From Gnetum montanum (taxonomy: Eukaryota; Plantae; Gnetophyta): a stretch of 64,000 nt of DNA. Under the pieces are notes generated by a model, which was not told the origin of the DNA, did not search any database, and saw nothing but the letters and a program-made list of their open reading frames with translations. How positions within the stretch are numbered: position 1 is the stretch's first letter; the number at the start of each line of letters is the position of its first letter. Location of the stretch: the NCBI GenBank assembly GCA_015680685.1, contig MNCI01003377.1, positions 702,708 to 766,707 on the forward strand, in the 5' to 3' direction. Below, piece by piece: positions 51,760 to 64,000 of this stretch. A program made the translations under genes and the position numbers.

Positions 51760-54700
51760 TGATTAGCATGAATGTTCATATGCCCCATGATTGAGTTGGA
51801 AGGAGGAGATATGAAAAATAGAACATGGTTGTCAAGCCATTAAGGCATTCGTTGCACTGGCTTATCTTGATTTTAGGAAAAGCTTCACTTGTTGGATGTT
51901 GACCAACTACTTTCTATTTGGGCTTTCAAGTTTGTATATGGTCATGGCCTTATAAGGAAAGGTTTCAACAATTATATAAGGTCCTTCCCACAATATTTGG
52001 ATTTTTTTCTAAGATACATGTGTGGGAGTCTAGTAAAGAACCTTATCTTTTGGTTGGAATTTCACTTTCCGTATTCTTTGGTCATGTCATTGCTTATTAA
52101 ATGCCTTGTGCACTTAATTCAAAGGTAAAGCCACCCATCTATTTTTTTTCTAGCACATGGAGGTTGATCAGTCTTTCTTTTGGGCTAGACATAGATCAAG
52201 ATTCAGGTCATAGGCTATTGAGAGTGTACATAGCTCGGATTGAACTGGAAGTGTTGGAAGTTTTCTATACACTAACTCGTAGGGAGCGTAGCCAATAGGG
52301 AGTTTCCATGTTAAGCAATAGGCCCATAGGGCATTGTTGAGTTTTGTGCTCCAATCTCTACTATATTTTCTTATGGTTCTTGTTAGGATCTTTGTGATCT
52401 CCCTATTAGTTACCTATGCTTGACCGTTGGCTTGGGGGTGATAGGGTGTTGTTAATTTATGTTCAACCCCCAAGCGTTGGATTAATTTTCTAAAAGTGGC
52501 ACCTATAAAATGAGTTTCATTGTCAGAAATTAGTGCATGTGTCATCACAAACCTATTTACAACATGTTGTTATACAAATATAGTAGTAGTGGGTGATGTA
52601 CAATTGGTGATGGCTACTACTTCTACCCATTTGGTGTAGTAGTTAACTACTATGATGATGTATGACTTTCCATTGGACATGGGCATGATGGGACCCATGA
52701 ATTCTATGCCCCATATGTGAAAGGGCTTCAATGGTTGAATCCACTATTGAATACCCTCCATTTGTGTGGTCATCCCACCATCTTGTTGACAATGTTCAGA
52801 AGACCAGACAAATTGATGGGCATCGCTAATGATTATAGGTTAGTAGTATCCTACCATCAAGATTTGTATGGCTATGCATCTTCCTGCATAGTGGTTTGTG
52901 AGCATCCTAAAGAATACATAGTTGATCTGCATTAGGGACACATGAATGAACTAGACCATGACACACACCTTGTAAAGGTATTCATTGATTTCCATAAAGT
53001 ACTTTGTCCAATGAAGAAATTGTTGCTTCTTCCTAAGGTCCAGATCTTGTTTCATCTTCTGAGTGAGAAGGTAAGTGAGGATTTCATCATACCATTTTGT
53101 TTCTATGGGAACTTGGTAATTTATTGGTCCTATAAAGAGGAGTTCATCTAGAAATTAATTAGAGAGTGAACTCTCCTCCTCTTTATTATCCCATCTTAAT
53201 CAAGAGAGATGGTCAGCGATCACATTCTCAGTTCCTTTCCAATCTACCATTGTAAGATTGAATTCCTAAAAAATCACAAGCCACCACATGATACAAGGAC
53301 TAATCAATAGCTTGTTCATTAGGAAGCAAATGGCACTATGGTCTATATGTATAAACACCTTGTAACCAAGCACATAGTGCCTGAACTTGTCAAGAGCATA
53401 CATCACTACCATTAGTTCTTTTTCAGTTGTGGTGTAATTCAATTATGCACCCACAATGCTTTGGCTCACATAGTGAATGTAATATGAATATTTTTTATCA
53501 TCCAACTATGTAAGCATAGCTTCCAAGGCATAATTAGATGCATTTGTCATTATATGGAATGGTTTGGACTAGTTTAGTTCCCATAGAGTTGGAGTTTCTA
53601 TGAGTTTCTCCTTTAGTAGTTGGAATGCATGTTTGCACTCTTTGGTCCAAAAACATGGAGCATCTTTCTTTGTAAGCTTGACTAATGGCTTTGCAATCCT
53701 AAAGAAATTCTTTATGAAATGCCAATAGTAGCTAGTGTGTCCAAGGAATGATCTGATAACTTTGACTATCTCTGGTTGGCATGTAATTCCTTGGATGATC
53801 CTTATCTTTTCTCGGTCTACATCAATACTTACTTGAGTAATTATATGCCCCAATACTATGCCTTTCTATACCATTAGATGGTTTTTCTACCAATTGATCC
53901 TAAGGTTTATTTCAACACATCTTTTCAATACTTTCTCAAGGTAATCTAGGGCTTTCTCAAATGTAGCCCCATAGGTATAAAAATCATCCATAAAGGCTTC
54001 TACCCTACTACCAATCAACTATTGGAAAATACTTAGGACTAGGCATTGGAATGTTGTAGAGGCATTGCATAGACCAAATGGCATTCTACAATATGCAAAA
54101 GTTCCCCAGGAACTCATGAATGTTGTCTTGTTCTGATCTTTTGGTGCAATTTGAATTTGGTTATAGCCACTATAACCATCTAAGAAGCTATAATAGTAAT
54201 TCCCAAATATGGTATCCAATACTTGATTCAAAAATGGAAATGGAAAATGATCTTTAAATGTTATCATATTTAACAACCTAAAGTCAATGTAGACTCGCCA
54301 CTTGCCAACTTTCTTTGGCATAATTACAAGTGGACTAACCACCTCACTATCTAGGATGGGATAGATGAACCCTCCCATAAGGAGTTGTTCTATTTCCTTC
54401 TTGATGATTTACTTAAATTTGGGATTTAGCCACCTTTGTGGCTACCTTCTTGCTTCATGGCCAGGTTAATGTAGATGTGATGCTAGCATATCCTTGGAAT
54501 TGATTCTTACTAGTTCAGGATATGACCAAGCAAAGGCTGTTGGCCACTTATTGATGACCTACAACAACTTGCCTTTTTGTTTTGGAGCAAGATTTGCATT
54601 GATTATGATTGGATTATCATTATTTAAAAATGTGTATTCCATGTTGTTTGGTAGAGTTTTTAACTCTAGGGGCTCCTGCTTGAAATTATCAGGGAATTCC

Positions 54701-57700
54701 AGCTCTCCCTAATAGGTATCATCATTTTCTTCATCATTAGATAGTTGGTGATGAACTTGCTCAAGTTCATCCATGCTTTTGACATAGGCACATGTCAGGC
54801 TCTTAATTGGTTCCATGTATAGTGTGCTATTGTTAGAGTCAGCTATCAAGCATTGGGTGCCCTCCTATTTTGTGGTTGCTATGGATAGGCACCTTTAAAT
54901 ATATTTTTCATGTGCATACTAATTACATGCTTTAATGAATGTACTCTTGATGAACCAGATCTTTTACACATAATGGCATTCACTATCACTGTACATGATG
55001 CATAGAACATGCTTCTTCTCTAATCATTCAAATTCATTTTCCTTGGATATTTTCAAGGTAAGGTTCCTTATACCCATATGTTCATCTACTATGCTTAACC
55101 AAATCCTTTCCATTATTATGGGAAAGTCACCTTTGCAATTTTCAACCTTGATTACCAGAAAATTAGTAAGATAGGACCACCTGCAAACTGTGGTCAGAGT
55201 GTCTTCTATTAATTCTAAAGAAACAATGATTGATTGGTGTGCTAATTCTAAATAGATATTACTCTTCTTAAGAGGTGGTAGGTTTCATGATTTGTACATG
55301 TCATGGAAGATGAGATTAACATCAGAACTAAAATCAAGAAGAGCCTTGCATGGCTCATGTTTAGTAATCTACAAGTAAATGAGAGGACTTTTTAGGTCAA
55401 ATCTTTCTTTGGGAAGATTGACAGCCTTAATTCAATCAAAAACAACATGAGTTAGCATTATAGTGTAGATTTGAGGTAGCACTTGGTTTGAAGGATACTT
55501 GAATGTATTTGATGGAAAGGATGAGGGTGTTGGAGATACAGGGTGATTAGTTGCATTAGGTTATGAGGGTTTGGGAGGACTGTTAGGTTAAAATAAGGGT
55601 CATTTTCTAGAACAATTATCCAAATCACTCGGCTGAAAGGTCGATTGTGAATGTACAACCCTCGTACCATTTCATTGCTATGGCTATGGGGGAACTTTTC
55701 CCTACATGGATGGAGTAGAAGGTAATTGGGTTGAGGATTAAGGAATGTGTGTAGATGGATGTAGAGGATTGGATGGATATGGGTTCTCCCCTTGAGTAGA
55801 TGATAAATGTGTTCGATGGTACTCTAGAGGGTAATAGTGATGCTAAAATTAGGTGTGGCTTGCAAAACTTCTTGGAAAGACAAGTTGTTGAACATGGTAC
55901 CCATATGGATATTGTTTCTTATAAGGGTACTACTATCTTGGTGGTGGAATTCCCCACGATTGTGGTTGGTGCCATTGTTGGTATTGCTCATATTGTTGTC
56001 ATGGAGCTTTGCTTGGATAATAAGCTTTTTGGTGCTGGTGGAACTACCTCAGATTACCTTTAGGATAAGGCAATCATCTAGGTGCTTGCCTTCTTGCTAG
56101 TCACGGATTCAATGCATACACTCCAAACTCTTGTAAGTGTGACACTATAGGGAAACATCCCTTTAGATTTTCATATTGAAAAATGTCACAACTAATATCA
56201 TCTTTAGAGTTTGTCTCTACAACTTCTTCTACTACAATAGCTTTGCCCTTAACTTTCTAGTAGGCATGTTCAGCTTTTTTTTTTTTTTTGCCTCCTATAC
56301 TTACAATCACTATTATGCTCTTTTGATTCTTTAGCAATCTTCATAGTATTTTGGAATTTTTCATCCAAAGAGTCACATAATTTATCAACCTTTTCCTATG
56401 CACCACTTCATTGAGTGGTGACTCCTTCTCATCACAAAATCGAACCTCTTGTTTTCATATGGAAGGATCTCTATTATACTCTTTTGTACTATTCATTTTT
56501 TACAACTTATCTTATTATTTTACTACTACTCTATCAACCTTTGAATCTAATGAGATCTTAGTTCAGAAAATCTCCCTTGGGCATAAACCCCAAGAGTTTT
56601 TCTAGTTTCTACTTTGAGTCCATCTATGATGTGGTGGAGTTGTTCCCTCTAAGAATAATCATAGCCAAGTCAATGGCATAAGATTAAATAATATCTTTCC
56701 ATGGTGGCATCCAAGGGTTCATGTGTTTCCTATTTCTAGCCTTGGATTTGCCTTCTCAAATTAGACATTATGGAGTACATCTAGTATTTATCATTAAATA
56801 GCTCTAACATAGTACTCCATTGGCGAATGGATTCCAGTTCCAAGGATTGGTACCAGCTTTTAGCTTCCTTGATGACTGTCTTGAAAAATAGCTTTAGTTT
56901 CTACCAATCATTCTTAATGTTATGTAAAGCACAAGCATTATGAAAAGCTTGTAGATGATTCTACAGATTAGAGTTGTATCCCCCTTTAAATTGTGGGATA
57001 TTATTCATGTCTAAGAACTTGATCCAACTATCTTTCACATGCCTAGTTGGAATTTTAACTACCTCTACAATGTTAAGTATGCTTTGAATTTCCAACAAAG
57101 GTTCATCATCATTATGGTATCGATGACACCAATGATGGTTTCTGTCACCCCTTCATTCTTGATGGGCTCTATGATCATTGTTATCTTGCTGATCATCTTC
57201 ATCATGATTATTTTTCCCATGGCTTCTATGAGACACGAAAAATGAAGAGGAATGTTTAGAATTGGATGAAAAAGGATGAAGAGGAATGTTTAGAATTGGA
57301 TGAAAAAGGATGAAGAGGAATGTGGACCACCACCACCACTACAGTGTCCATCACCACCTCTTTGCTCATTACAACCACCATCCTTAGATCCCTTGCAATC
57401 ATGATGTTTTCCTGAGTTCCTTACTTGACTGTCACTTTTTCCTAAACCTACTTTATAAATAGTGGATTGTAGGTTCAAGGCCACACCCTCATCACCAATA
57501 ACAAAGGGTGGAGAATCTTCATGTTGGAAATCCTCAAGAGGAGGATCCACATTGTCATCTTGGTTTAGCAAGAACAAAGGGTTAGTGAAGTGCTTCCCAT
57601 TTGTAGCCTCATGATGCCTCTACTAGTGTTGATCTCTCCTGCATTGTGTTTTAGTGGGATGGTATTCTTGAGTGTCATAACCATTCACAATGTATTCCTC

Positions 57701-57930
57701 ATGAATATTTAAGATGCCCAACCTCTTAAGATTTTGGAAGAGCATCCATGACACAAATTGATTAGGAGTAATATGATGTTGCCCTCTATATCATGCCATC
57801 GTAGTTGTTCATCCTTATGTAGGATGAAGGTGAAGTCTAGTACATACTCATCTAGATGAATATATATCACTTTGCACTCTTGTGGGATTGGCAGTTTGAC
57901 ATCTTCATGCCTATGGAAAGAAGAAATTTT
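51760..57930 (-). pseudogene. Athila gag-pol (gag, PR, RT, RNase H, INT), disrupted
   Basis: gag IPQFKG..HLQAF; PR ALLDFSSDVNLI (~55340); RT VSPLVIMPKKVGKWRVYIDFR, LDGYSGYNQI, FMDDF (~53990); RH NYTTTEKELMV; INT TTPYHPQANGQ. No chromodomain seen. Confidence 0.92.
57242..57323. repeat. Exact 34-bp tandem duplication (~2.3 copies) in the gag 5' region
   Basis: ATGAAGAGGAATGTTTAGAATTGGATGAAAAAGG repeated at 57242 and 57276, partial at 57310. Confidence 0.9.
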
Positions 57931-60152
57931 GTAACAAATAAAATAATCAGTGTGCTTTTGTAATTATAGGCTGTGTAAAAGTGTTGTTGGCCTTAAGTTT
58001 GTCTAACAATATTAATAATGTTCACTAATCTTAGATAGCACATGTTTTAACAAAAAAAGTCCTCAACAATGGTGCTAATGATGAGCAGTTGAAGGGTACC
58101 CCTATGTCCAACCATATGAATCACAAAGTGCTCACATGCGATCTCGTCAAATTCCATGGACTTTATAGCTTTCGATGCACTAGTCTTCTAGGAAGTGAAC
58201 CTTGCCCCAAGGTCATTTTTTATCTTCCTAATTACACTTGTGAAGCATAATGGTATGGTTAAGAGTAATCGAGGCATATGATTTTTGTCCTTTTGTGTTT
58301 TATGGTTTTGGTGCTTGAAGAGAGAGATAGAGTAATTTAATAACTAATGTAATTTAACTAACTAACTAATCTTTAACTAATCCTAACATAAGCATTTGGT
58401 CCCACTTTCTATACATGTCCTGAACCCATGTATCTACTGCTAGGTTATCAAGTGCTACACTAGTAGGTGCACCAAGTAATAACACTGTTGGGATTACTAA
58501 ACAAATATGTGTTACAGTCAAAGCGATCGTACTTATGTATTTAATCTATCTAGCTTATCTTACTTAATTAGCTTAATTATTGGAAAAAATTTAAATAATT
58601 AATTGAAAGTACTAAATGCATAGATAAATATCTAAACTATCTAGAATGCTACAAGGTTTATCAAGAAGCTCATATTTATTGTTATACACACTGTCATGCT
58701 TAGGTACAACAACGCTCGAATAAAGATCCGTACACTTAATGACTCCTACTATGGGTACTTGCGAGAAATATTCTAACTTTCAAATGTAAAAATTGCAAGA
58801 GTTTGACTACTACTATGAATTTGATGCCCATAAACATGGTTGGAAGCTTGTATTTATAGTTTTTGCTACAGTACTACATTGACAAGGCCTTGTCAATGTA
58901 GCAAATGCTACATTGATGTGGCTGCATCAATAGGATAACACCACATAAATAGGGCCCCATCATCTATAGGGGCTTGTTGATGATGCCACATTAATAGGGG
59001 CCCTTCAACATAGCAAATTGATACTTCATTGCATGGAAACATGAAAGCCTTTGCATGATCTTGATTACATCTAATGTTAACATGTTTTCTTTTAGTGTTA
59101 TTGATCTTTGTTTGTAGGTTTGAATGAGAATGTAAAATTTATGGACCATGTAACCTATAACAAGTGAGGCTACATGATCTCTTATCTCTTTTTGGCATAA
59201 CAAGATACTACAAACCTTGTATAAATCTATGAAACAAAGTACAAATTTCTCATATTTTACCAATTGTAAAAAATGATGGCATGTATCTACTTGTTGTTTC
59301 AGTTGTCCTTATTCAATCTCTTGTAATCATATGTATCCTTTGACTTGTTTTCTTTTTCTCTTAGAGTTGAGCTTATAGAATGAAACCAAAGTCATCGAAG
59401 AGGTATGACTCATGGTAATAGTGAGTTACCACGTGATCTCAATATATGAGATTTAGTTAGCTTGTCCAACTATGCCAAGAGTGCTTATCTCACATTATTT
59501 CTGTTGCCCTTTTTGAGCCATAACCACATAGTCAAACTATAGCCCTACTTACCTTGCTAATGATGAAAACCTATATTTGAAGCTCATTCACCATGGTCAT
59601 GTGATATCTCCTTTGACATGCTTTGCCATCAAGTTCATTGAATGTAACACATCTTATTCAATGAGAAAATGAAATAAAATTTAGCCTTGGCAATGAAACC
59701 CAATGAAGGTGTCTAGCCCCCCAAAGGAAAAAATAAGAATGGAGAAGTTGAGTGGCCAAAGAAGCCCAAGGATGGGGTGTTGGTTCCTCTAACACATTAT
59801 CAAGTAACTAGTAGTTTGAGCATGAAGCATGAAGACCTTTCTAGCTAGTACACATGTCACTGCCATGTCATAACCATGATGTCAGCATTTGAAATTCTTT
59901 ATTAACCCATGTAACCATTGAAATAGCCAGTGTGACCATCCTCTCATAGTCAATATAACCATAATCTCATCCTAAACCTATAACATTCCCTCATGATCTT
60001 ATTTCATCATCATGAGCACCCCTTGGAATCATTTGATAGCTACTAAATCAAGTGTGGAGAGGTAGTGTTGGTGATGAAACTGTAGCAGTGTTTTGCATTC
60101 TTTGTTAATGTTTCTTAGGCTAGTCCTCAAAACATCAACAAAGTAGGACCAA

Positions 60153-61303
60153 TGAAATATCCCAAATAAAATCCATGTGAAAGTCTCTATAGCCAAAATT
60201 AACATTGTAATTTAATGAAAATTTGAAGGCAAAGACAATTGCCTTTTTTCCCATAAAAAATCCTACTTCATGACCTTATTCTGGCAATGTTTTAATAATT
60301 TTTGGAATGTAAAAGTGTGATTTATAGCCTACATGTTGTAAATTTTTCTTGTGCCAATGTGTGAAAATATAAAATGCTAAACACGTTGCTAAATTTGGCC
60401 CATGAAAATAAGCTACAAATTTAGCCCATGAAAATAGCCCAAAATGCCATCAAATTTGATAGCACAAGTCTCACACATTGGCAGCCAATGTGTAGCAATT
60501 TTGGACTCCAAAAAATAGTTGAAATACATTGAAGAATATGGCAGGAAAGGCTTCACATGTTAGTGGTTAATAAGCTACAATTTTGGGTAGTGAAAAGTGC
60601 CATATATGTTGGTATTGCATGCCAAAAAAGTGAAACATATTAGTATACCACATGTTGCATATTTTAGCAACCAAAATCTTCCAAAATGTTGCAGGGAATG
60701 TTGAAAATTTGGTACTATCAAAATAATAAAAAATTAGTGAATTAATGGCTTATTTAAACTGAGTTTGCATCATTCTTAGGACTTTTGGATCATTTTGCAT
60801 TGGGCCGAACTTGAAAATTTCGGAGTAGTATAGACATCCAAGAATTAACAATCATTTTCATCTAGTGTAGAACATCCAGAGGAGAGAGAACCAGTGGCAA
60901 GTGATGTTTACTAGTAGATTGAGTGAAGAAAGATAAGTGTAGATATAGTGGCAAAATACATTCTATTGTTTGCATCAAAATTCAAAGACATTTTTGTATT
61001 CTAAGGCTTGCACAGCCAATGATCTATATTTTTGAACTTTTCTTTCATAGTATTTAATACAAAGTTCCAGTTTCTTTATTTTTTCAGTCATTTCATGCAT
61101 CTCTTTTTTTTTATTTAACATTTGAAACACCTTTTTGTATAGTTTTTCTTATTTTCATAGCATTCAATAATAGATCCTCTAAGTCCTCAAGTGATTGACA
61201 AGACTATTTGAGGTGCTTGTAGGTCCTTTTTGATGATCTATGAACTAAACTATTTCATTCTTGAGTTTTTAGTTTTTGAGTGCCAAATTTTTCAATCATT
61301 ACA
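60153..61303 (+). repeat. 3' LTR of Tat element A2
   Basis: Collinear with 29053-29532 + 30551-31255; TGAAA...TTACA. Confidence 0.85.
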
Positions 61304-62204
61304 ATAGGTTTTCAAGGTAAACCTTTATTTGAGAAGGTTGACTATTGAGAACTAAAATCTCTTAACGATAGAGGTTTATGCCCTTTGCTAGAAGACTACA
61401 ATTGAGATAGCTGCCTACAAAAATGAGGTTTTGAAGTATGAATTAGTGAAAAATCATTACAAGGACTAGGTTGAGATGCTTAAAGAAATTAATGAAAAGG
61501 AAATGAAGCTAATAAAGACAAGGGTTGATGAGGTGCTTCATCAATGTCAATAAAAAGATGATGTATGGAAACCCATGTTTGATATCCTAAATGCATACAA
61601 CCAAGCAAAAATCTACCTAAAGGAGTTATAGATCTAGAAAATGATAGAATTTATGTAACTTTCCAAGCTCTAATATGCAAACATGGCAATTTTGAAAGCA
61701 ATGAGTCCCAAATTAGTATTGGTGAAATGCGTGGTTAACTTTTATAATTTGTATGAGGTAAAGTTAAAGCTTTACAAGAATACCATCAAAAATTTGAAAG
61801 TGCCCAACATAGAGCTTTATGTCCTTAAAATCAACTTCACAAATCAAAGATTAATTTTTGAGAACCTAGCTAGATGAATAAGTAATTACTAGGAATTATA
61901 GAACCTAGTCTGTATGTTTGACTTTGAATGTAAGTAATTCGTAGCATGGTTTATTAACATAAAAGAAATGTTTCCCCCACTACCATTTCCATGGTATATA
62001 CTAGTACTAGCTCATATAGGCAAAGTGATCTGGATCATTCATGATCCATAGGATAAGGAAGAATAGATGATGGTACTTATGAATGTCTTCCAACTTTTAG
62101 AGATATTAATAGTAGTGGAAGGGTAATCTAGACCTCTAGTAGAGTAGGGATGTGATGAAGGATCCTTTATACCATAGGAGCCTTCACCTTCAAGCATGGT
62201 ATGA
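61304..62204 (+). pseudogene. Host accessory ORF, 3' part
   Basis: Homologous to 23460-24365 (IEIAAYKNE.., PFPWYILVLAHIGKVIWIIHDP). Confidence 0.75.
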
Positions 62205-62429
62205 AGACTTTATCTCATCTTCCTAGCAATTTGTGTCAAAGTGTCGAAATTATTTGTAAATTGCACCAATTTTGTATCCATGAAAATTAGAAGTCAAAAT
62301 GGCACTTAAGAGTTATTTGGTTTTGTTTCTTATAGTTAGTTAGTTAATTCCATACTTCTCTAAATTTTCTAAGAAACTCGATTTCATTTTGTTCACTCAA
62401 GGATGAGTTTTTAGTGAGTTGTGGGGATA

Positions 62430-63303
62430 TGATGAAGTGTTAATAAACTAGTTTCATCAACACATGCTTGCCAATCTAGCCCCATCGATGCATCCTAGGA
62501 TGTGATGGCACATATGCATTGACATTGATCCTCCCAAAGCCTATGTAAGTACATACCCTAGCTACATTTATGGCACTATTGGTAATTCCCTTAGCTCAAC
62601 TCTTGTAATTTTCTTTCATAGGACTTAGCAAAATTTTCCTCTAAGTGCTTGTAGCATGGATTGAACTAATTGTATAGAATTTTATTTAAGTGCAATATGT
62701 ACTTGGACATAGTTTCATGAAAGGAAATAAAATTGAGGTTCCTTCTCTTCATTGTAGCACTTGGATTAGCTTAACTTTACTTTCAAGCATTTTACCTTAT
62801 ATGCAGTTTGCTTTGTTGTACTTAAGCATTTAATATTTTATTTCATAAATAATGTTAGTATGATCACTTTGAGCATAATATACTAATTCTTGGTAATCCT
62901 AGCAATGAATACTTAGTACGCCCAACAATAAACACTTAATAACCTAGAAATGCTAGTATATGTTTAAGATATGTATGGAAAGTGGAAACTGATGCTTCAC
63001 ATTTAGGATAGTTTGGTTATTAATTTGTTAAATTTTAATATGTCAATCACTTCATTCTTTAGTAATTTTTCAAATAAAAAGAATAAAATTATAAATATAA
63101 ATATCTTACACCTTGATCACACTTAGCCATATGTACGAAGTTAATATAAGTGATGATTAAAAAGATGATGACTAGTAACTGCATGTTTTTACTATCTAGG
63201 ACATAGGCCACTTAGGTAGAAGGCATCTATAGAATTTGACTAGATCATACATACATACTTGTGATTTATATGATTGTGTTTAGGAAATACCAATTTCTCA
63301 TCA
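62430..63303 (+). repeat. 3' LTR of the host Athila-like element
   Basis: PPT GTGGGGATA, then TGATGAAG...TTCTCATCA; diverged relative of the other Athila LTRs. Confidence 0.75.
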
Positions 63304-64000
63304 CTATACTTTCCCTCTTTTCTATAGTGATGTAAGGATGAAGATGTTGGTCTAAGATAGTCCTCACATTCGCCTCTTTAATTTTTAAGTGTATCCTTTC
63401 CTACATTTTTTGTTGCTCCATGATGAGTTTTATATTTTTTTATCTTTTCCATGATCTATTTGATTATATAATTTAGATTAGAAAGGAAAGGAGGCTAATC
63501 ATTGGCTTGCTCATATTTTATCATGAACTTGAATGAAATACCTTTAAAAAATACATTTATAGCTCAAGTAGAAAGGTCCTTTTTGAGTAGTTTGTATGTA
63601 AATCTAAAATGGGGAATATGCATATAAGTAGCCCTATAAATGCTTCAGAAATTTCTTTTGTGATCTTTCTTTTGCTCAAAATTCTTCTAAATGTAATCCT
63701 AGAATAAGACATAAAATTTCTAGCATGAATGTAGTCAAGCATGTTTTTTTCATACTGTATTTGGCAAAATGTGTTGCAAAAGTTATTGCTAAAGAGGATA
63801 AGATTTTTTATTATACTTGATAGATTAGCTAACTACTTCAGCATAAAAATAGCATGCTTTGTGTATATAAAAGTTAGAATCAGTACTTCACAAAGTTAGC
63901 ATGCTTTGTGTATATAAAAGTTGCTTTTAGTACTTTAAGAATTTTAAGTAGATTTTAGACTTTGGACACACTTCGAAAATTTCCAGTAGTGAAGAAAAGA

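Larger units (their letters stand above)
45781..59031 (-). mobile_element. Full-length degenerate Athila-like Ty3/gypsy element (~13.2 kb)
   Basis: LTRs 45781-46730 and 58079-59031; degenerate tRNA-Asp PBS at 58060-58078; PPT TATAGGGGTA (minus, 46731-46740); TSD CAAGG/CATGG. Confidence 0.9.
29053..61303 (+). mobile_element. Tat-type gag+protease-only element (copy A2), inflated to 32 kb by nested insertions
   Basis: LTRs 29053-31255 (interrupted) and 60153-61303 are collinear. PBS TGATGCTAGAAAGAGGACC (Asn) at 31261-31279, PPT-like AAAGTAGGACCAA before 60153, TSD ATAGT/ATAGG. The host ORF rejoins across it. Confidence 0.8.
16140..63303 (+). mobile_element. Old Athila-like host element, 5'-truncated, split by two large nested insertions
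   Basis: RNase H-integrase at 16140-17823 resumes at 25468. The accessory ORF at 27429-29052 resumes at 61304. PPT GTGGGGATA precedes the 3' LTR at 62430-63303. Confidence 0.8.

Noticed and set aside
60153-61303. Solo LTR interpretation
   Set aside because: Its own flanks (ACCAA/ATAGG) do not match, whereas ATAGG matches ATAGT before 29053 and the host ORF rejoins.
63851-63922. ~47-bp-period short duplication
   Set aside because: Ordinary local duplication with no associated structure.

Overview
AT-rich, heavily CG/CHG-deaminated land-plant genomic DNA, probably non-angiosperm given the Tat architecture (organism not determinable). No intact host gene is visible. The window is a deeply nested LTR-retrotransposon stack. 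An old Athila-like Ty3/gypsy host (RNase H at ~16140 to 3' LTR ending 63303) is split by (i) a gag-pol-deleted Athila (17824-25462) and (ii) a Tat-type gag+protease-only element (29053-61303). That Tat element carries a SIRE-like solo LTR, a full Ty1/copia (37897-44101, minus) and a full Athila (45781-59031, minus). Left of the stack are a young CpG-intact Athila 3' LTR (12-782), a second copy of the gag-only Tat family and a deleted Tat with PR-aRH-RT order. The most notable items are (1) an intronless KUP/HAK potassium-transporter::S-adenosylhomocysteine hydrolase chimera fused in frame at a shared Gly-His-Phe motif, lying at the edge of a CpG-retaining island, and (2) a ~950-codon Athila accessory ORF with its own TATA promoter, preceded by the same kind of palindromic array found in the element's LTR. 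All comparisons were made by eye, so boundaries are approximate unless anchored by TG..CA ends, PBS, PPT or TSD.
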